Source: a virus (lineage: Duplodnaviria > Caudoviricetes). Taken from it: a stretch of 36,360 bases of DNA. The DNA lies in the IMG/VR virus record IMGVR_UViG_3300020042_005881, positions 1 to 36,360 of that record, one strand, 5' to 3'. The translations under genes and the position numbers were made by a program. Of the stretch, positions 14,943-24,137 are shown piece after piece. Position 1 is the stretch's first letter, and each line of letters opens with the position of its first letter. The notes beneath the pieces are model-generated. The model did not search any database and was not told the origin of the DNA. It saw nothing but the letters and a program-made list of their open reading frames with translations.

Positions 14943-17096
14943 TTAAGGAACGATGTTGATTGCTGTTCCGTTTATCCAAAGATCACCAGACACCAGCCCG
15001 ACACTGGAAGTTGGAAGGTTTGGCAAATTAAGTGTTCCGTCGTATTTTAAGGCCATCCTCTTGACCAAGGAACCATTTCGATTGACGTAAAAGTCTAGCG
15101 TAACAGCTTCATTTGCGGCAGTTGCAGACACAAGATTTGCTGCCAACTTAAAGGAATCTTGTTTGCCAGCAGCAAACAACTGCGAACCAAAAACCTCAGG
15201 GCCAACTCCACCAGCTATTGTTTGCCTGTCAAAAACTTCAAATTTCGCAGCCGTGTTCTGTACTGTAAAATTGTTATTTACAATTCGCTCTGGAATGCCA
15301 GCACTAACTGTTACTGTGTTATATGTATTTGCAATTATGGATGTTTGAAACTTTGTTGTGTCACTAGAAAACACAAAGTCTTGAATAACTCCATCTAGGA
15401 TACATCCAACAATAGAACTTGCATCTGCTCCGGCCTGAAATGATGCAGCATAAGTTCCAGAATTAAATGTGCTGCCAACACAAGTGATGTTGCCGTTTGA
15501 AACCAAGATGCATTCAGCACTGTTTGCAAACAGACATCCATTTACCCTGATTGCCGAATCACTTGCAGCACCTCCTGTCGTGTCTGCAATCAGCCCATTG
15601 ACTCCTGCAATGCTAGTACAATCAACAAGCGAGCAATAAGTGGATGTGCCGTCAATTTTGAAGCCGCAGACAGACCCAGTGTTTGGATTTGTGTAGTCAG
15701 CTTGGCAGCGGACAAAAGAAATGTTTGATGCACTGCTCGCCCAAAACCCGGTTGCGTACCCATACGCAAAACAATCAGTCAGCGTTGACCAGTCGCAATA
15801 GTTTGTCAGCTTGAACCCGTACCCAGAGCGACGATTGGGAGCTGGATTATCTGGAGTGTTCCCTACGCCGGGCACCTGTGCTGTCAAAAACGGCCAGCAG
15901 TGAACAGAGTAAATTCTGTTGATGTCAAATGATGTATCTATGCTGAACCCGTTAGTACAGTCGATCAATGTAGAGCCAACGGTCACCCTGTTTGAGTTTG
16001 TTGCCACGATTCCGTTGGTGTGACCAAGAATCATGCAAGACACAACAGAAGCGTCGTCTCCAACACCCTGTACTCCAGATCCAATCTGGACTGCTGTGCC
16101 AGAGAATGCGGCAACAACAGCTTGCGCTTGTGTGGCGTTTATAGGAACCGTTGAGTAAAGGTTCTTCCGAATAATCAACAGCCGTTCAAGTGCTGCATTT
16201 CTTTGCAGATTGATTGTAGCACCTGTGTTCAGAAGAAGCTGCGAGCCAAAGCTGTAATAGTTTTGAGTCGTGTAGTCTGCAATCCCGTGATCTATCTCGC
16301 CAAACAAACGCACATTTGGCTTAACAGTTATAGAGGAAGCGAGATAAATTCGTGCGTTGCCGGGGACTAAAACTGCTCCACCCAACGCTCCCAGAGAATC
16401 AATTGCTGCCTGTACTGCAACAGTATCATCTGTCACTCCGTCACCAATAGCCCCGAAGTCATTTACAGACACAATCTCACGAGCCTTGTCCTGCATGTTT
16501 CGCGTGACAGCGCCTGCACCGGCTTGGATGAACGAAACCTGCGATCCTGGCACTTGGTTGCCAGTGACTACTGTGCCACCTTGGAACAAGAACTGGTCAC
16601 CAGCAGCAGCCGGCGCAGTCAACGTAACAGTCGAGGAGTTCGTCTCTAGGTAGTCCAGACCAAGGTTTAGCCTGAGTCCGTTTCGAAAGACCTGCAACGT
16701 GTCAGTACCGGGCAGGTAGCTAAACACGGTCAGCGAAAACGTAGTCTGGCTCGCAGTCGCAGTAATGAGCTGCGTGGAGATGTCGAAGACTGACGTAGGC
16801 GAGTCAGACTGGTCGAACGCAGAGAAGACCAGCACACGGTTCTTGTTCCTGACAGTGATCGAGTAAGTGTCAGTCGAAGAGTAGAACCTGCTAGGCGTTC
16901 CCTGCCTGCTAGGATACCCACCAACAGTACGAACAGGCTGTGCAGCAGGAATGGTCAATGCAGCGTCCCAGAACACGTTTATAGGGGCTGTCTCTGGATT
17001 CAGGTTACTTTGTCCAATGTAGATGTAACCGCCCTCTAGCGGGGCTCCTGTCGTGTCAGTGAAGAACGGGAATGGTGATACGATGGAAGAGGACAT
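14943..17096 (-). CDS. Tailspike 1 with P22-type head-binding domain and beta-helix
   Basis: PFPFFTDTTGAPLEGGYIYIG...NPETAPINVFWD N-terminus; VSVNDFGAIGDGVTDDT cap motif. Confidence 0.9.
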   Translation of the reverse strand: MSSSIVSPFPFFTDTTGAPLEGGYIYIGQSNLNPETAPINVFWDAALTIPAAQPVRTVGGYPSRQGTPSRFYSSTDTYSITVRNKNRVLVFSAFDQSDSPTSVFDISTQLITATASQTTFSLTVFSYLPGTDTLQVFRNGLRLNLGLDYLETNSSTVTLTAPAAAGDQFLFQGGTVVTGNQVPGSQVSFIQAGAGAVTRNMQDKAREIVSVNDFGAIGDGVTDDTVAVQAAIDSLGALGGAVLVPGNARIYLASSITVKPNVRLFGEIDHGIADYTTQNYYSFGSQLLLNTGATINLQRNAALERLLIIRKNLYSTVPINATQAQAVVAAFSGTAVQIGSGVQGVGDDASVVSCMILGHTNGIVATNSNRVTVGSTLIDCTNGFSIDTSFDINRIYSVHCWPFLTAQVPGVGNTPDNPAPNRRSGYGFKLTNYCDWSTLTDCFAYGYATGFWASSASNISFVRCQADYTNPNTGSVCGFKIDGTSTYCSLVDCTSIAGVNGLIADTTGGAASDSAIRVNGCLFANSAECILVSNGNITCVGSTFNSGTYAASFQAGADASSIVGCILDGVIQDFVFSSDTTKFQTSIIANTYNTVTVSAGIPERIVNNNFTVQNTAAKFEVFDRQTIAGGVGPEVFGSQLFAAGKQDSFKLAANLVSATAANEAVTLDFYVNRNGSLVKRMALKYDGTLNLPNLPTSSVGLVSGDLWINGTAINIVP

Positions 17097-20000
17097 TACT
17101 GGGACTCCTGTTGAGGTGTTATAGATGGTGCTGTAGGAGGAACCGTCAAGGGCCGCCTAGGCATGTATTCTCGAAATCTGTTGTATGCCCTAGAGATGTT
17201 TAATCTGTTCCTAGCGCGTGTAGACACTTCTCCAGTCTGGGCCATTTCGCGTATCAAGCCCTTAAACGCTGGATCAGAAAGCAAGTCTCCAGCACGTTTT
17301 ACTCCCTCCTTGCTTCCTTTGGAAATAAGATTCTGAATAGCAACGCCAGCACCGGCTCCGATTGGACCTCCAAGCAAAGCACCACCCACAGCAGTGGTTG
17401 CTTTCCCTGCCGTTGTTGAAAGTGCCTTTGTAAACAATCCTTCAGCGTTCAACGCATCACTCAAGACCTGATTTGCTTTTCCAGTGTGCTTCACATTCGT
17501 TTGCGACTCAGCAATTATTTCTGCGGCAACAGAAAGATCCTGAAGCATTGATGTGGCTTCTGGTCCTATCTCTCTTGAGACAACTCTTAAAACTTCAGAG
17601 TTTCTTCTGATGCCATCCCATGTGTCTGCAAATTTTTGGAAACTAATGTTTCCCCTATTATTTCCTGTTTTCGACAAGGCCAAATCATTGATTGCGGTTG
17701 AAACAACGCTTTTTCTTAACGCTGCGTCTTCTTTTGGGATCAATTTTAGCAGCTTGTTAAGTGCTGCTATATCTCCTCCCTTTGAGCCAGTTTGTATGGC
17801 GTTTTTCATCAATGCAGCAATGCTGCCAGCCTCATCCTTTCCAAAGATGCTGGTGATTCTCTCACCCATTGCACGATTTTTAGCCCACAAAAAGTTAGCC
17901 CCTCGAAGTTTCACGCCTTCTTCTGCGCCGGCTACCCTTGAAACATTTTCAATCTGATCCTTTGATAAGGCGCTATAGAGTTCCTTGAGATCTGACTCAA
18001 GCATGCTTCCGTATGGAGACTCTTGCTTTTGAAGGGCCTTAAATACTAGATCCTTTTCTCTTTTTAGAGTCCCATAAGAAACATCTCCCTCTGAAATAAT
18101 TGAAGCAAGCCGTCTTTCCTCTTTGTGCAAAGATGCCTCTTTGCCTCCTAGATTTGCCTTTACTTGATCCAGAAGAGACTTCGTATTGCCAAGTTCAACC
18201 TTTGTTGTTTGTGGAACCTTTTTGTTTACCTCGTTGTAAATTTTGGTGGCGTCTTGTGCTAGAGACTGCCTAGTTGACACCATTTTTCTTTTAACGCTCT
18301 CAGATATAGAGGAAATATCCTTGGAGCCATCAATAGACGCAATAAGTGTGTCAAATCTTTTTGTAGCAGGAATAAGAGTTTGAAGATACTCAGCTTCAGC
18401 AGCAGATCCAACTTTTGATCTAGTCAAGCCAATCGCTGCCCTGACTTGCTGGTTGTCAGACAGCCAATCTATGGTGGGTTCAATGCCCAGCCTTCCAAAC
18501 GTGTCCTTTAGCCGGGGATCTTCACCAATTAAGGTCGCCAGTTCTTCTTTTGCTTTAGTGGACCCAATCTCATTGCTTGATGCCTTCCTGAGAAGCTCTC
18601 CAAGCTCTGCCTCGTCCATTATGCCAGCCCTAAGACGTTCGGCTGCATTTAATGATGCTGCCAGAGCTGGTGCTGCCGGTGCTGCTGCGGCTATTGGCTT
18701 GGCTGACTTCTTTACATAATTTGTGACATCTACCCATTTTCCGTTTTCAGATTTTAATACCTGCAATAACTCAGAGGCAGGAAGACCCCCTTGTAGGCCA
18801 TTGATATCGGAAGGTGTAACCAAGATAAAACGCCCATCGTTTCCAGTAGCCCTATAACCAAGCGACTCATGCCCGCGTGACCATTGAGTCTCACCAGACC
18901 TTCCCCCGCGCATTTTGCCTTCCTTTGCGCGCACAACACCAGATTCAATGATGTCTGCAATTTGAGATTCACCAGTTATGCGGTATGCAAGCTCAGGCTG
19001 CTTGGCTGGAAAAACTCCTTCTCCAGTTACTCGAATAACTTGACCTCCCTCAAATACACGATGAAGCGTTGGTCTAGTATCAGCTTCTACTTGAGTAGCA
19101 GCCTGTGCTGCGCCGGCAACAGGAGTTGGAGCTACTGCTACAGCTTGAGGTTCCAATACATTTGCGTTTCTTGCCGCAAACGTGTCAAACAACCCCCCGG
19201 CGGATTCGCGCTGCATAGCTGCCGGCATCTGCGTAGTCGCCTCTCCAGTTGGACTGATAAACTGAGGAGCAGCAGGAGCCTCTCTCGAAAGAGCGCCACC
19301 CATCTCAGCTCGAATGTTTGCCGGGATCTCAGCGGTCATCCCGCCAGTTGGCGATGGGAACCGTTGAGGAGGCGCTGTCAATGCCCCGCCCATTTCTGCT
19401 CGAATGTTGGCTGGCGCAGCAGGAGTAGGTGCGCCTTCTGGAGATATGAACCGTCCTTCAGGATAGCCAAGTGCTCCACCAGCTTCTGCTGCCATTGCCT
19501 GAGAAGGAACAGCAACTCTTTCGCCGGTGGGAGAAATGTACTGACCAAGCCTTGAAGCTCTAGCCTGAGCATCAAGTGCCCCGCCCATCTCTGCTTGCAT
19601 CTGAGCAGACACCAATGCTGCCTGTGTGGGCGAAAGTGCGCCACCCATCTCTGCTGCGATGTTGGCGGGAATAGCGGATGCAGCCTGCCCGGTCGGGCCA
19701 ACATACCTACCAGGTATTGCTGCCTGCTCTTTCTGAAGCAGACCACCAAGAAGCTCTCCAACAGACTGCTTGATTGCATTCCTAGCAGCAAACGCTTCAA
19801 AGGCGCCCTGCGTAACAGCCGCAATGGGAATGTCAGCAGCGTTGAACTCGCCACCTACTGCTGCCTGTCCAGCTTCGATGCCGGCCTGTGTTAAGCCAGT
19901 GCCAATGATCCTGCCGGCTGCTGTTCTTGCCATGGCAGCAGGCGCAAATTCGGCCATGGTAATCAGTGTTCTGGGAATATCAGTAGCACCAAAGCCTGGA

Positions 20001-20494
20001 GGAATGGCGTAGACCTTCTTGTCGATACCAGACTCAAAGAAGAAGTTCCCTTTGTCGTCCTGAAGCACGTTCACATCTGGATATTGTGCTTTGACGATCT
20101 TTGCTGTCTCCTCAGGAGAAGCAGTCATGGTAGCCGCAGCCACCTTAATCGCTTTGACTGCGCTTGGACCTTGAGTCAGCGAGAACTCAGGCAGATTGTT
20201 TCTCCAGTCTGGAAAGAACTGGCTTGCTTCTGTCTTCCTCTGCTCTCCAGTGAAAGACTCTGCAATAGCCCCAGGGATATTAGCAACGGCTGCCAGCGGG
20301 CTTTCCTGCCTCTGGCCTACACCGAAGTCAGTGCTAGGCCCGCTCTGAATGGTCTGCTGCTGTCCTTGCAGTTGAATCCGTTCTGGATTCGGCTCCATCC
20401 TTGCAAGCTCTGCGCCAAGTATTCTGACAGCATTTCCATCACCAGCAGCACCGGCCCGCCGAATCCCTTCATAAAGCTCTTCGAGAGTAGCCAT
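17096..20494 (-). CDS. Large ejection (DNA injection) protein, P22 gp16 position
   Basis: 1132 aa, Ala/Gly-rich helical character; last of three genes before the tailspike; internal repeats and inserted domain. Confidence 0.75.
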   Translation of the reverse strand: MATLEELYEGIRRAGAAGDGNAVRILGAELARMEPNPERIQLQGQQQTIQSGPSTDFGVGQRQESPLAAVANIPGAIAESFTGEQRKTEASQFFPDWRNNLPEFSLTQGPSAVKAIKVAAATMTASPEETAKIVKAQYPDVNVLQDDKGNFFFESGIDKKVYAIPPGFGATDIPRTLITMAEFAPAAMARTAAGRIIGTGLTQAGIEAGQAAVGGEFNAADIPIAAVTQGAFEAFAARNAIKQSVGELLGGLLQKEQAAIPGRYVGPTGQAASAIPANIAAEMGGALSPTQAALVSAQMQAEMGGALDAQARASRLGQYISPTGERVAVPSQAMAAEAGGALGYPEGRFISPEGAPTPAAPANIRAEMGGALTAPPQRFPSPTGGMTAEIPANIRAEMGGALSREAPAAPQFISPTGEATTQMPAAMQRESAGGLFDTFAARNANVLEPQAVAVAPTPVAGAAQAATQVEADTRPTLHRVFEGGQVIRVTGEGVFPAKQPELAYRITGESQIADIIESGVVRAKEGKMRGGRSGETQWSRGHESLGYRATGNDGRFILVTPSDINGLQGGLPASELLQVLKSENGKWVDVTNYVKKSAKPIAAAAPAAPALAASLNAAERLRAGIMDEAELGELLRKASSNEIGSTKAKEELATLIGEDPRLKDTFGRLGIEPTIDWLSDNQQVRAAIGLTRSKVGSAAEAEYLQTLIPATKRFDTLIASIDGSKDISSISESVKRKMVSTRQSLAQDATKIYNEVNKKVPQTTKVELGNTKSLLDQVKANLGGKEASLHKEERRLASIISEGDVSYGTLKREKDLVFKALQKQESPYGSMLESDLKELYSALSKDQIENVSRVAGAEEGVKLRGANFLWAKNRAMGERITSIFGKDEAGSIAALMKNAIQTGSKGGDIAALNKLLKLIPKEDAALRKSVVSTAINDLALSKTGNNRGNISFQKFADTWDGIRRNSEVLRVVSREIGPEATSMLQDLSVAAEIIAESQTNVKHTGKANQVLSDALNAEGLFTKALSTTAGKATTAVGGALLGGPIGAGAGVAIQNLISKGSKEGVKRAGDLLSDPAFKGLIREMAQTGEVSTRARNRLNISRAYNRFREYMPRRPLTVPPTAPSITPQQESQ
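19188..19715 (-). repeat. Six degenerate 20-27-aa repeats inside the ejection protein
   Basis: Consensus approx. [RQ][FY]ISPTG-x6-7-PANIxAEMGGAL seen in translation. Confidence 0.85.
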
Positions 20495-21936
20495 TATCTT
20501 GGTAAGTACTGTTGCAGAATTGCATCAACGTCAGTAGGCGTTCCTTGGAATGTGCTGCCTTGAAACGGAATCTGCGAAGGAGTCATCGTGTTGCCAAACC
20601 CGGCAGCGGGACGGAGCATTGCACGGACTCTCTGTTCTTCTGAAGACATCTGGGATTCAGCAGCTTGACTCTTGGCGTTCTCAAGAAGCTGCTCGCTACT
20701 GGGAAGTACAAATATGTTTTCAGGATTAAGCCCTTGCTTTCTATACACAGGCTCAAGTTTTCCTTGGTACTCTTTGTATTGTTTCTGTGGAGCCTGAAGC
20801 ATCTTAAATGCTGCATCCTTTAACTCTTTGCGCTTCGCATCGCCAAGCGAGCCTTCATTCATTACTTTTGCCTGAAGTGATCTCATGTAATCACTAATTG
20901 TAACATTTCTGGTTCCTCCTTTTTCTGTAACACTAACAACAGATCCGGGATCGCCCATTTTTACAAACTGAGTCAAAAGCTCTTCGTCTCCAGATGCGTT
21001 TGGAGGAGCATCTTTCATCATCTCAAAGGCCGTGCGGCTGTCAATGTACTTGCGCACAAATGGATTAGATTCAATGTGAGCACGTTCTGCTGCTTCAAGT
21101 TCAAATTTCTTCTCTTTATTTTTCTGAATATCTTTCAGAGAGATCCCGTTGTCTGCCTCGTACTGCTTGATCCTGTTGTCGAGCAATTGGTTCTCTGTGG
21201 CGGCTTTTTCTTTTTTGGTCTTTTCTTGTGTCTCTTTAATTTCAGCCTGTTTTGCCAAAACATCAGTGATGGCCTTTGCGTTATCAGGTGCAAAGAACGT
21301 CTGTCCAACAGTAGCAATAGCAATAGTTTGATCTGGATTATCAATGAAGCTTTGCTTTAGCTGCTCAAGCTGTGGCACAAAACTTTTAAGTTCAGGAGTG
21401 TTGTTGGCTGCCTCCAACCGCTTATCTAGCTGCTTGATTGCTGCTTCAAAATCTCCAGTTACGCTTGTAATAATTAGATCTTTGGCAGTATTGTCTCCGA
21501 AAATCTTTGCCTGATCTGGTAGACTTTTCCGCATTTCTGCAGCACGCACCAAAAGAGTTGGATTTTTTCTATGAAACCTAAGTGCGAGTTTTTCTATATT
21601 GTCTGCTGTAAACTTTGATGGGTCTGAAGATATGTTAAGCAATTCAGTATCCAGGGCCTTTTGCTGCGTCAACTCATAGTCGTTAGCGGCTGTCACGGAC
21701 TGTGAGCTTGCCGCAGAAGCTAATGCAGACTTCTCTGTCGCTCTCATTGTGGCTAACTCAAGAGGCTGTTTTTCCTGCGCAAACTGGGCCTGTTGCATCT
21801 GAATGCCAGCCTGCTGCTGCGAGATCGCGCTCTGCTCCTGCATCTGCTTGAGCTGCTGGATGCCCAACAGGCTCTGAAGAAAGTTCTGAGCCGGAGGCTG
21901 CGGGATATTGACGGTGTAGTCGTAAGGTCCAGCCAT
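20494..21936 (-). CDS. Ejection protein, P22 gp20 position
   Basis: Gln-rich helical protein between gp7-like and gp16-like genes; ATG at 21936 (MAGPYDY). Confidence 0.75.
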   Translation of the reverse strand: MAGPYDYTVNIPQPPAQNFLQSLLGIQQLKQMQEQSAISQQQAGIQMQQAQFAQEKQPLELATMRATEKSALASAASSQSVTAANDYELTQQKALDTELLNISSDPSKFTADNIEKLALRFHRKNPTLLVRAAEMRKSLPDQAKIFGDNTAKDLIITSVTGDFEAAIKQLDKRLEAANNTPELKSFVPQLEQLKQSFIDNPDQTIAIATVGQTFFAPDNAKAITDVLAKQAEIKETQEKTKKEKAATENQLLDNRIKQYEADNGISLKDIQKNKEKKFELEAAERAHIESNPFVRKYIDSRTAFEMMKDAPPNASGDEELLTQFVKMGDPGSVVSVTEKGGTRNVTISDYMRSLQAKVMNEGSLGDAKRKELKDAAFKMLQAPQKQYKEYQGKLEPVYRKQGLNPENIFVLPSSEQLLENAKSQAAESQMSSEEQRVRAMLRPAAGFGNTMTPSQIPFQGSTFQGTPTDVDAILQQYLPR

Positions 21937-21940
21937 AAAA

Positions 21941-22780
21941 TTAGTACCCGCTAACAATCATTCCTTCTTGTCCCATTCCGGTTCCTGGGCCTTGTCCGGT
22001 GCTCGGATTGTACACGTTTCCACCGCTTCCGCCTCCAAAGCCACCACCTCCGTTATTCAAAGCATTATATAGCATGTAGTTCTGAACGCCTCCACCAATT
22101 GCGTTACTAACTCCACTGGCGCCCTGAGCATAAGCATTAGCAGCCCCTATCTGTCCAGCAGCACGAGCTTGTCCCTGACCAACCATCAAGTTACCAATGT
22201 TCTGTGCAGATTGCTGACCGGCAGCTCCAACTCCAGCCGCAGATGCTTGACCGAGGCGCAACAAGTTCTCAGCAGAGGTCGATCCAAGCTGAGTTAAGCC
22301 AGCTAGTTTGCCATACTGGGACTCAATAAGTTGGTTTAGCAATGCAGGACGAAACTGTGCAAGTGCAGCCTGCACATTCCCGCCTCGAAGCCCTCCAGTG
22401 GCAGCAGCATTCTGAAGGATGCCTTGCTCGCCCTGACGCGCCAACTCTTGGAACTGTGCCCCCTGTTGAATCTGATTGATAGCAGCCTGTTGTTCGCCAG
22501 CACCACGAAGTCCAGCAAGTCCCTGCATGGCTTGTAGCGCACCAGGTCCAGCGCCAATATATGGCTGCGTTAGGTCTACCTTTCCAGCTTCGACATATGG
22601 CCTTAACGTCTCTTGAAGTTGTTTAAACTGAGATCTTTGCTCTTCAATAGCTCGATCTTGTGCTGCGGCCTGTGTGTTTGCTGCTTCCTTTGATGCCTTC
22701 GCACCTTTACTGGCCGAACTGCTTGACACAACACCACCAATAACTGCACTTCCTATTACTGCTGCGGCAATCCATCCCAT
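21941..22780 (-). CDS. Ejection protein, P22 gp7-like
   Basis: Hydrophobic Gly/Ala N-terminus, PYVEAG, NAAATGGLRGGN, Gly/Ala/Gln-rich. Confidence 0.8.
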   Translation of the reverse strand: MGWIAAAVIGSAVIGGVVSSSSASKGAKASKEAANTQAAAQDRAIEEQRSQFKQLQETLRPYVEAGKVDLTQPYIGAGPGALQAMQGLAGLRGAGEQQAAINQIQQGAQFQELARQGEQGILQNAAATGGLRGGNVQAALAQFRPALLNQLIESQYGKLAGLTQLGSTSAENLLRLGQASAAGVGAAGQQSAQNIGNLMVGQGQARAAGQIGAANAYAQGASGVSNAIGGGVQNYMLYNALNNGGGGFGGGSGGNVYNPSTGQGPGTGMGQEGMIVSGY

Positions 22781-22781
22781 A

Positions 22782-23312
22782 TCAAAAATCCTTTCTATTT
22801 TTTAGAAAAATATCACTCCATGCCTCTAGCCTCGAGCGAATAAATAAAACTGGAACAACCTCTTTAGGTAACTTTATTGCATGAGCAACCGCAGCGGTAT
22901 AAATGCTTGGGTTTGGATATATTTTCTTTCCAAGGTTATGTAGCTCTTTTGTTTTTAAGCAAATCACAGAGTAAATTGAGGGCCAGTTTTTCTCCAGCAG
23001 CAAATCAACCTTGCTCCAAGCGGCATCTGGTTCTCCTTTTACAAAGGAATTGCCCCATCCTGGCTGCGTTCCAGTAAAAGTTTTCCCCGATAAAAGGTCA
23101 TAAGACTGAAGTAGTGGGCCATGAACTCCTCCAAGCATCATTAATGCTGCGGCCATTGCCTGAAAATAACTTCCTGAACCGGCAGCAGAGTTTGCCACAG
23201 CAATGCTTGAGGCATTGTTTCTAAAAGCACTGATCGCATGTGCAGCATGAAGCTCATTGAGAAGTTCTATCTCCTCAACTGATGCGGGTTCATCTCTCCA
23301 AAAGAAAATCAT
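22782..23312 (-). CDS. Truncated citrate-synthase-superfamily protein with altered active site
   Basis: NASS..V...AAAL..LGGVHG, PGWGN, YPNPSIY, LFIRSRLEAW are collinear with citrate synthase NAST, LxGxxHG, GFGH, PNVDFY, FaxsRxxGW. Confidence 0.75.
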   Translation of the reverse strand: MIFFWRDEPASVEEIELLNELHAAHAISAFRNNASSIAVANSAAGSGSYFQAMAAALMMLGGVHGPLLQSYDLLSGKTFTGTQPGWGNSFVKGEPDAAWSKVDLLLEKNWPSIYSVICLKTKELHNLGKKIYPNPSIYTAAVAHAIKLPKEVVPVLFIRSRLEAWSDIFLKNRKDF

Positions 23313-23800
23313 ACCGTTCCTGCGGCCTTTTTGATTAAGAATGGAACATGCTGAATGTTAAGTGCTTCCATTCTTTTTGCTTTTTGCTCGTTGAATTTCT
23401 CGCCGGGACGGCACCATTCCCAGATCTCTTTAACCCTCAACACAACCTCTGAAAAATTAATCCGAAGTGCCGGCACAATCCTAGGCAAACATTCCTCAAT
23501 GTGACAAAAAAATGGAGCACACTTTTGTCTACTAAGGGAAGACACATTGCAAAATGCCTGAATAGCTTCTTCCTTATCTCTTTCAATAACTACCCACCTT
23601 GCATCTGGATACCGAGCCTTGATTATATCATACGACATGGATGCGGTTGAATCAGAATTTCCAATCTGAACTCCAGATTCAAGTTCACGCATGAACTCGT
23701 CCAGAGATTTTCCATCTCTATCATGAGCGCAATCCAAAGCAACAGATAGCCATGCTGTCATGCTTCTAGGATACCCAGTAATAAAGAACGGCTGAGTCAT
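23309..23800 (-). CDS. Sulfotransferase-like P-loop protein
   Basis: FFITGYPRSMTAWL resembles the 5'-phosphosulfate-binding loop; YPDARWVVIERD resembles the 3'-phosphate-binding motif. Confidence 0.7.
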   Translation of the reverse strand: MTQPFFITGYPRSMTAWLSVALDCAHDRDGKSLDEFMRELESGVQIGNSDSTASMSYDIIKARYPDARWVVIERDKEEAIQAFCNVSSLSRQKCAPFFCHIEECLPRIVPALRINFSEVVLRVKEIWEWCRPGEKFNEQKAKRMEALNIQHVPFLIKKAAGTV

Positions 23801-24135
23801 TAGGTCACTTCTCTTCCAGATGCGGTAAAGGTGAGTGCTGATGCCGTCCCTGCCAGCGTAGAGATGAACCCACCAGACTCAAGCACCTGCCCAACCAGTT
23901 CAGGGCACAGGTAAGTCTCCCCAGGCACAATCGAGCGGGTCTTGACGATCAGGTTAGAGTTGCCGGCAGAACCACTAGACACGATCAGGTTGACGCTCAA
24001 CGTCACATTGACAGTGTTCGTGTTCGTCACAGTCGCCTTGTCAATAATGGTCTTGCAGTTGACAGCGGTGTACTGCGCAGTCTGAGTGTTCTCAAGCTGC
24101 TTAGGAGGAACGATGTTTTTGACTGTAACAGCCAT
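23800..24135 (-). CDS. Putative virion protein, 111 aa, beta-rich
   Basis: Thr/Val-rich sequence in tail module; TAATG-coupled downstream. Confidence 0.7.
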   Translation of the reverse strand: MAVTVKNIVPPKQLENTQTAQYTAVNCKTIIDKATVTNTNTVNVTLSVNLIVSSGSAGNSNLIVKTRSIVPGETYLCPELVGQVLESGGFISTLAGTASALTFTASGREVT

Positions 24136-24137
24136 AA

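Noticed and set aside
13490-17096. Diversity-generating retroelement targeting the tailspikes
   Set aside because: No reverse transcriptase in the window and no TR/VR pair differing at adenines noticed
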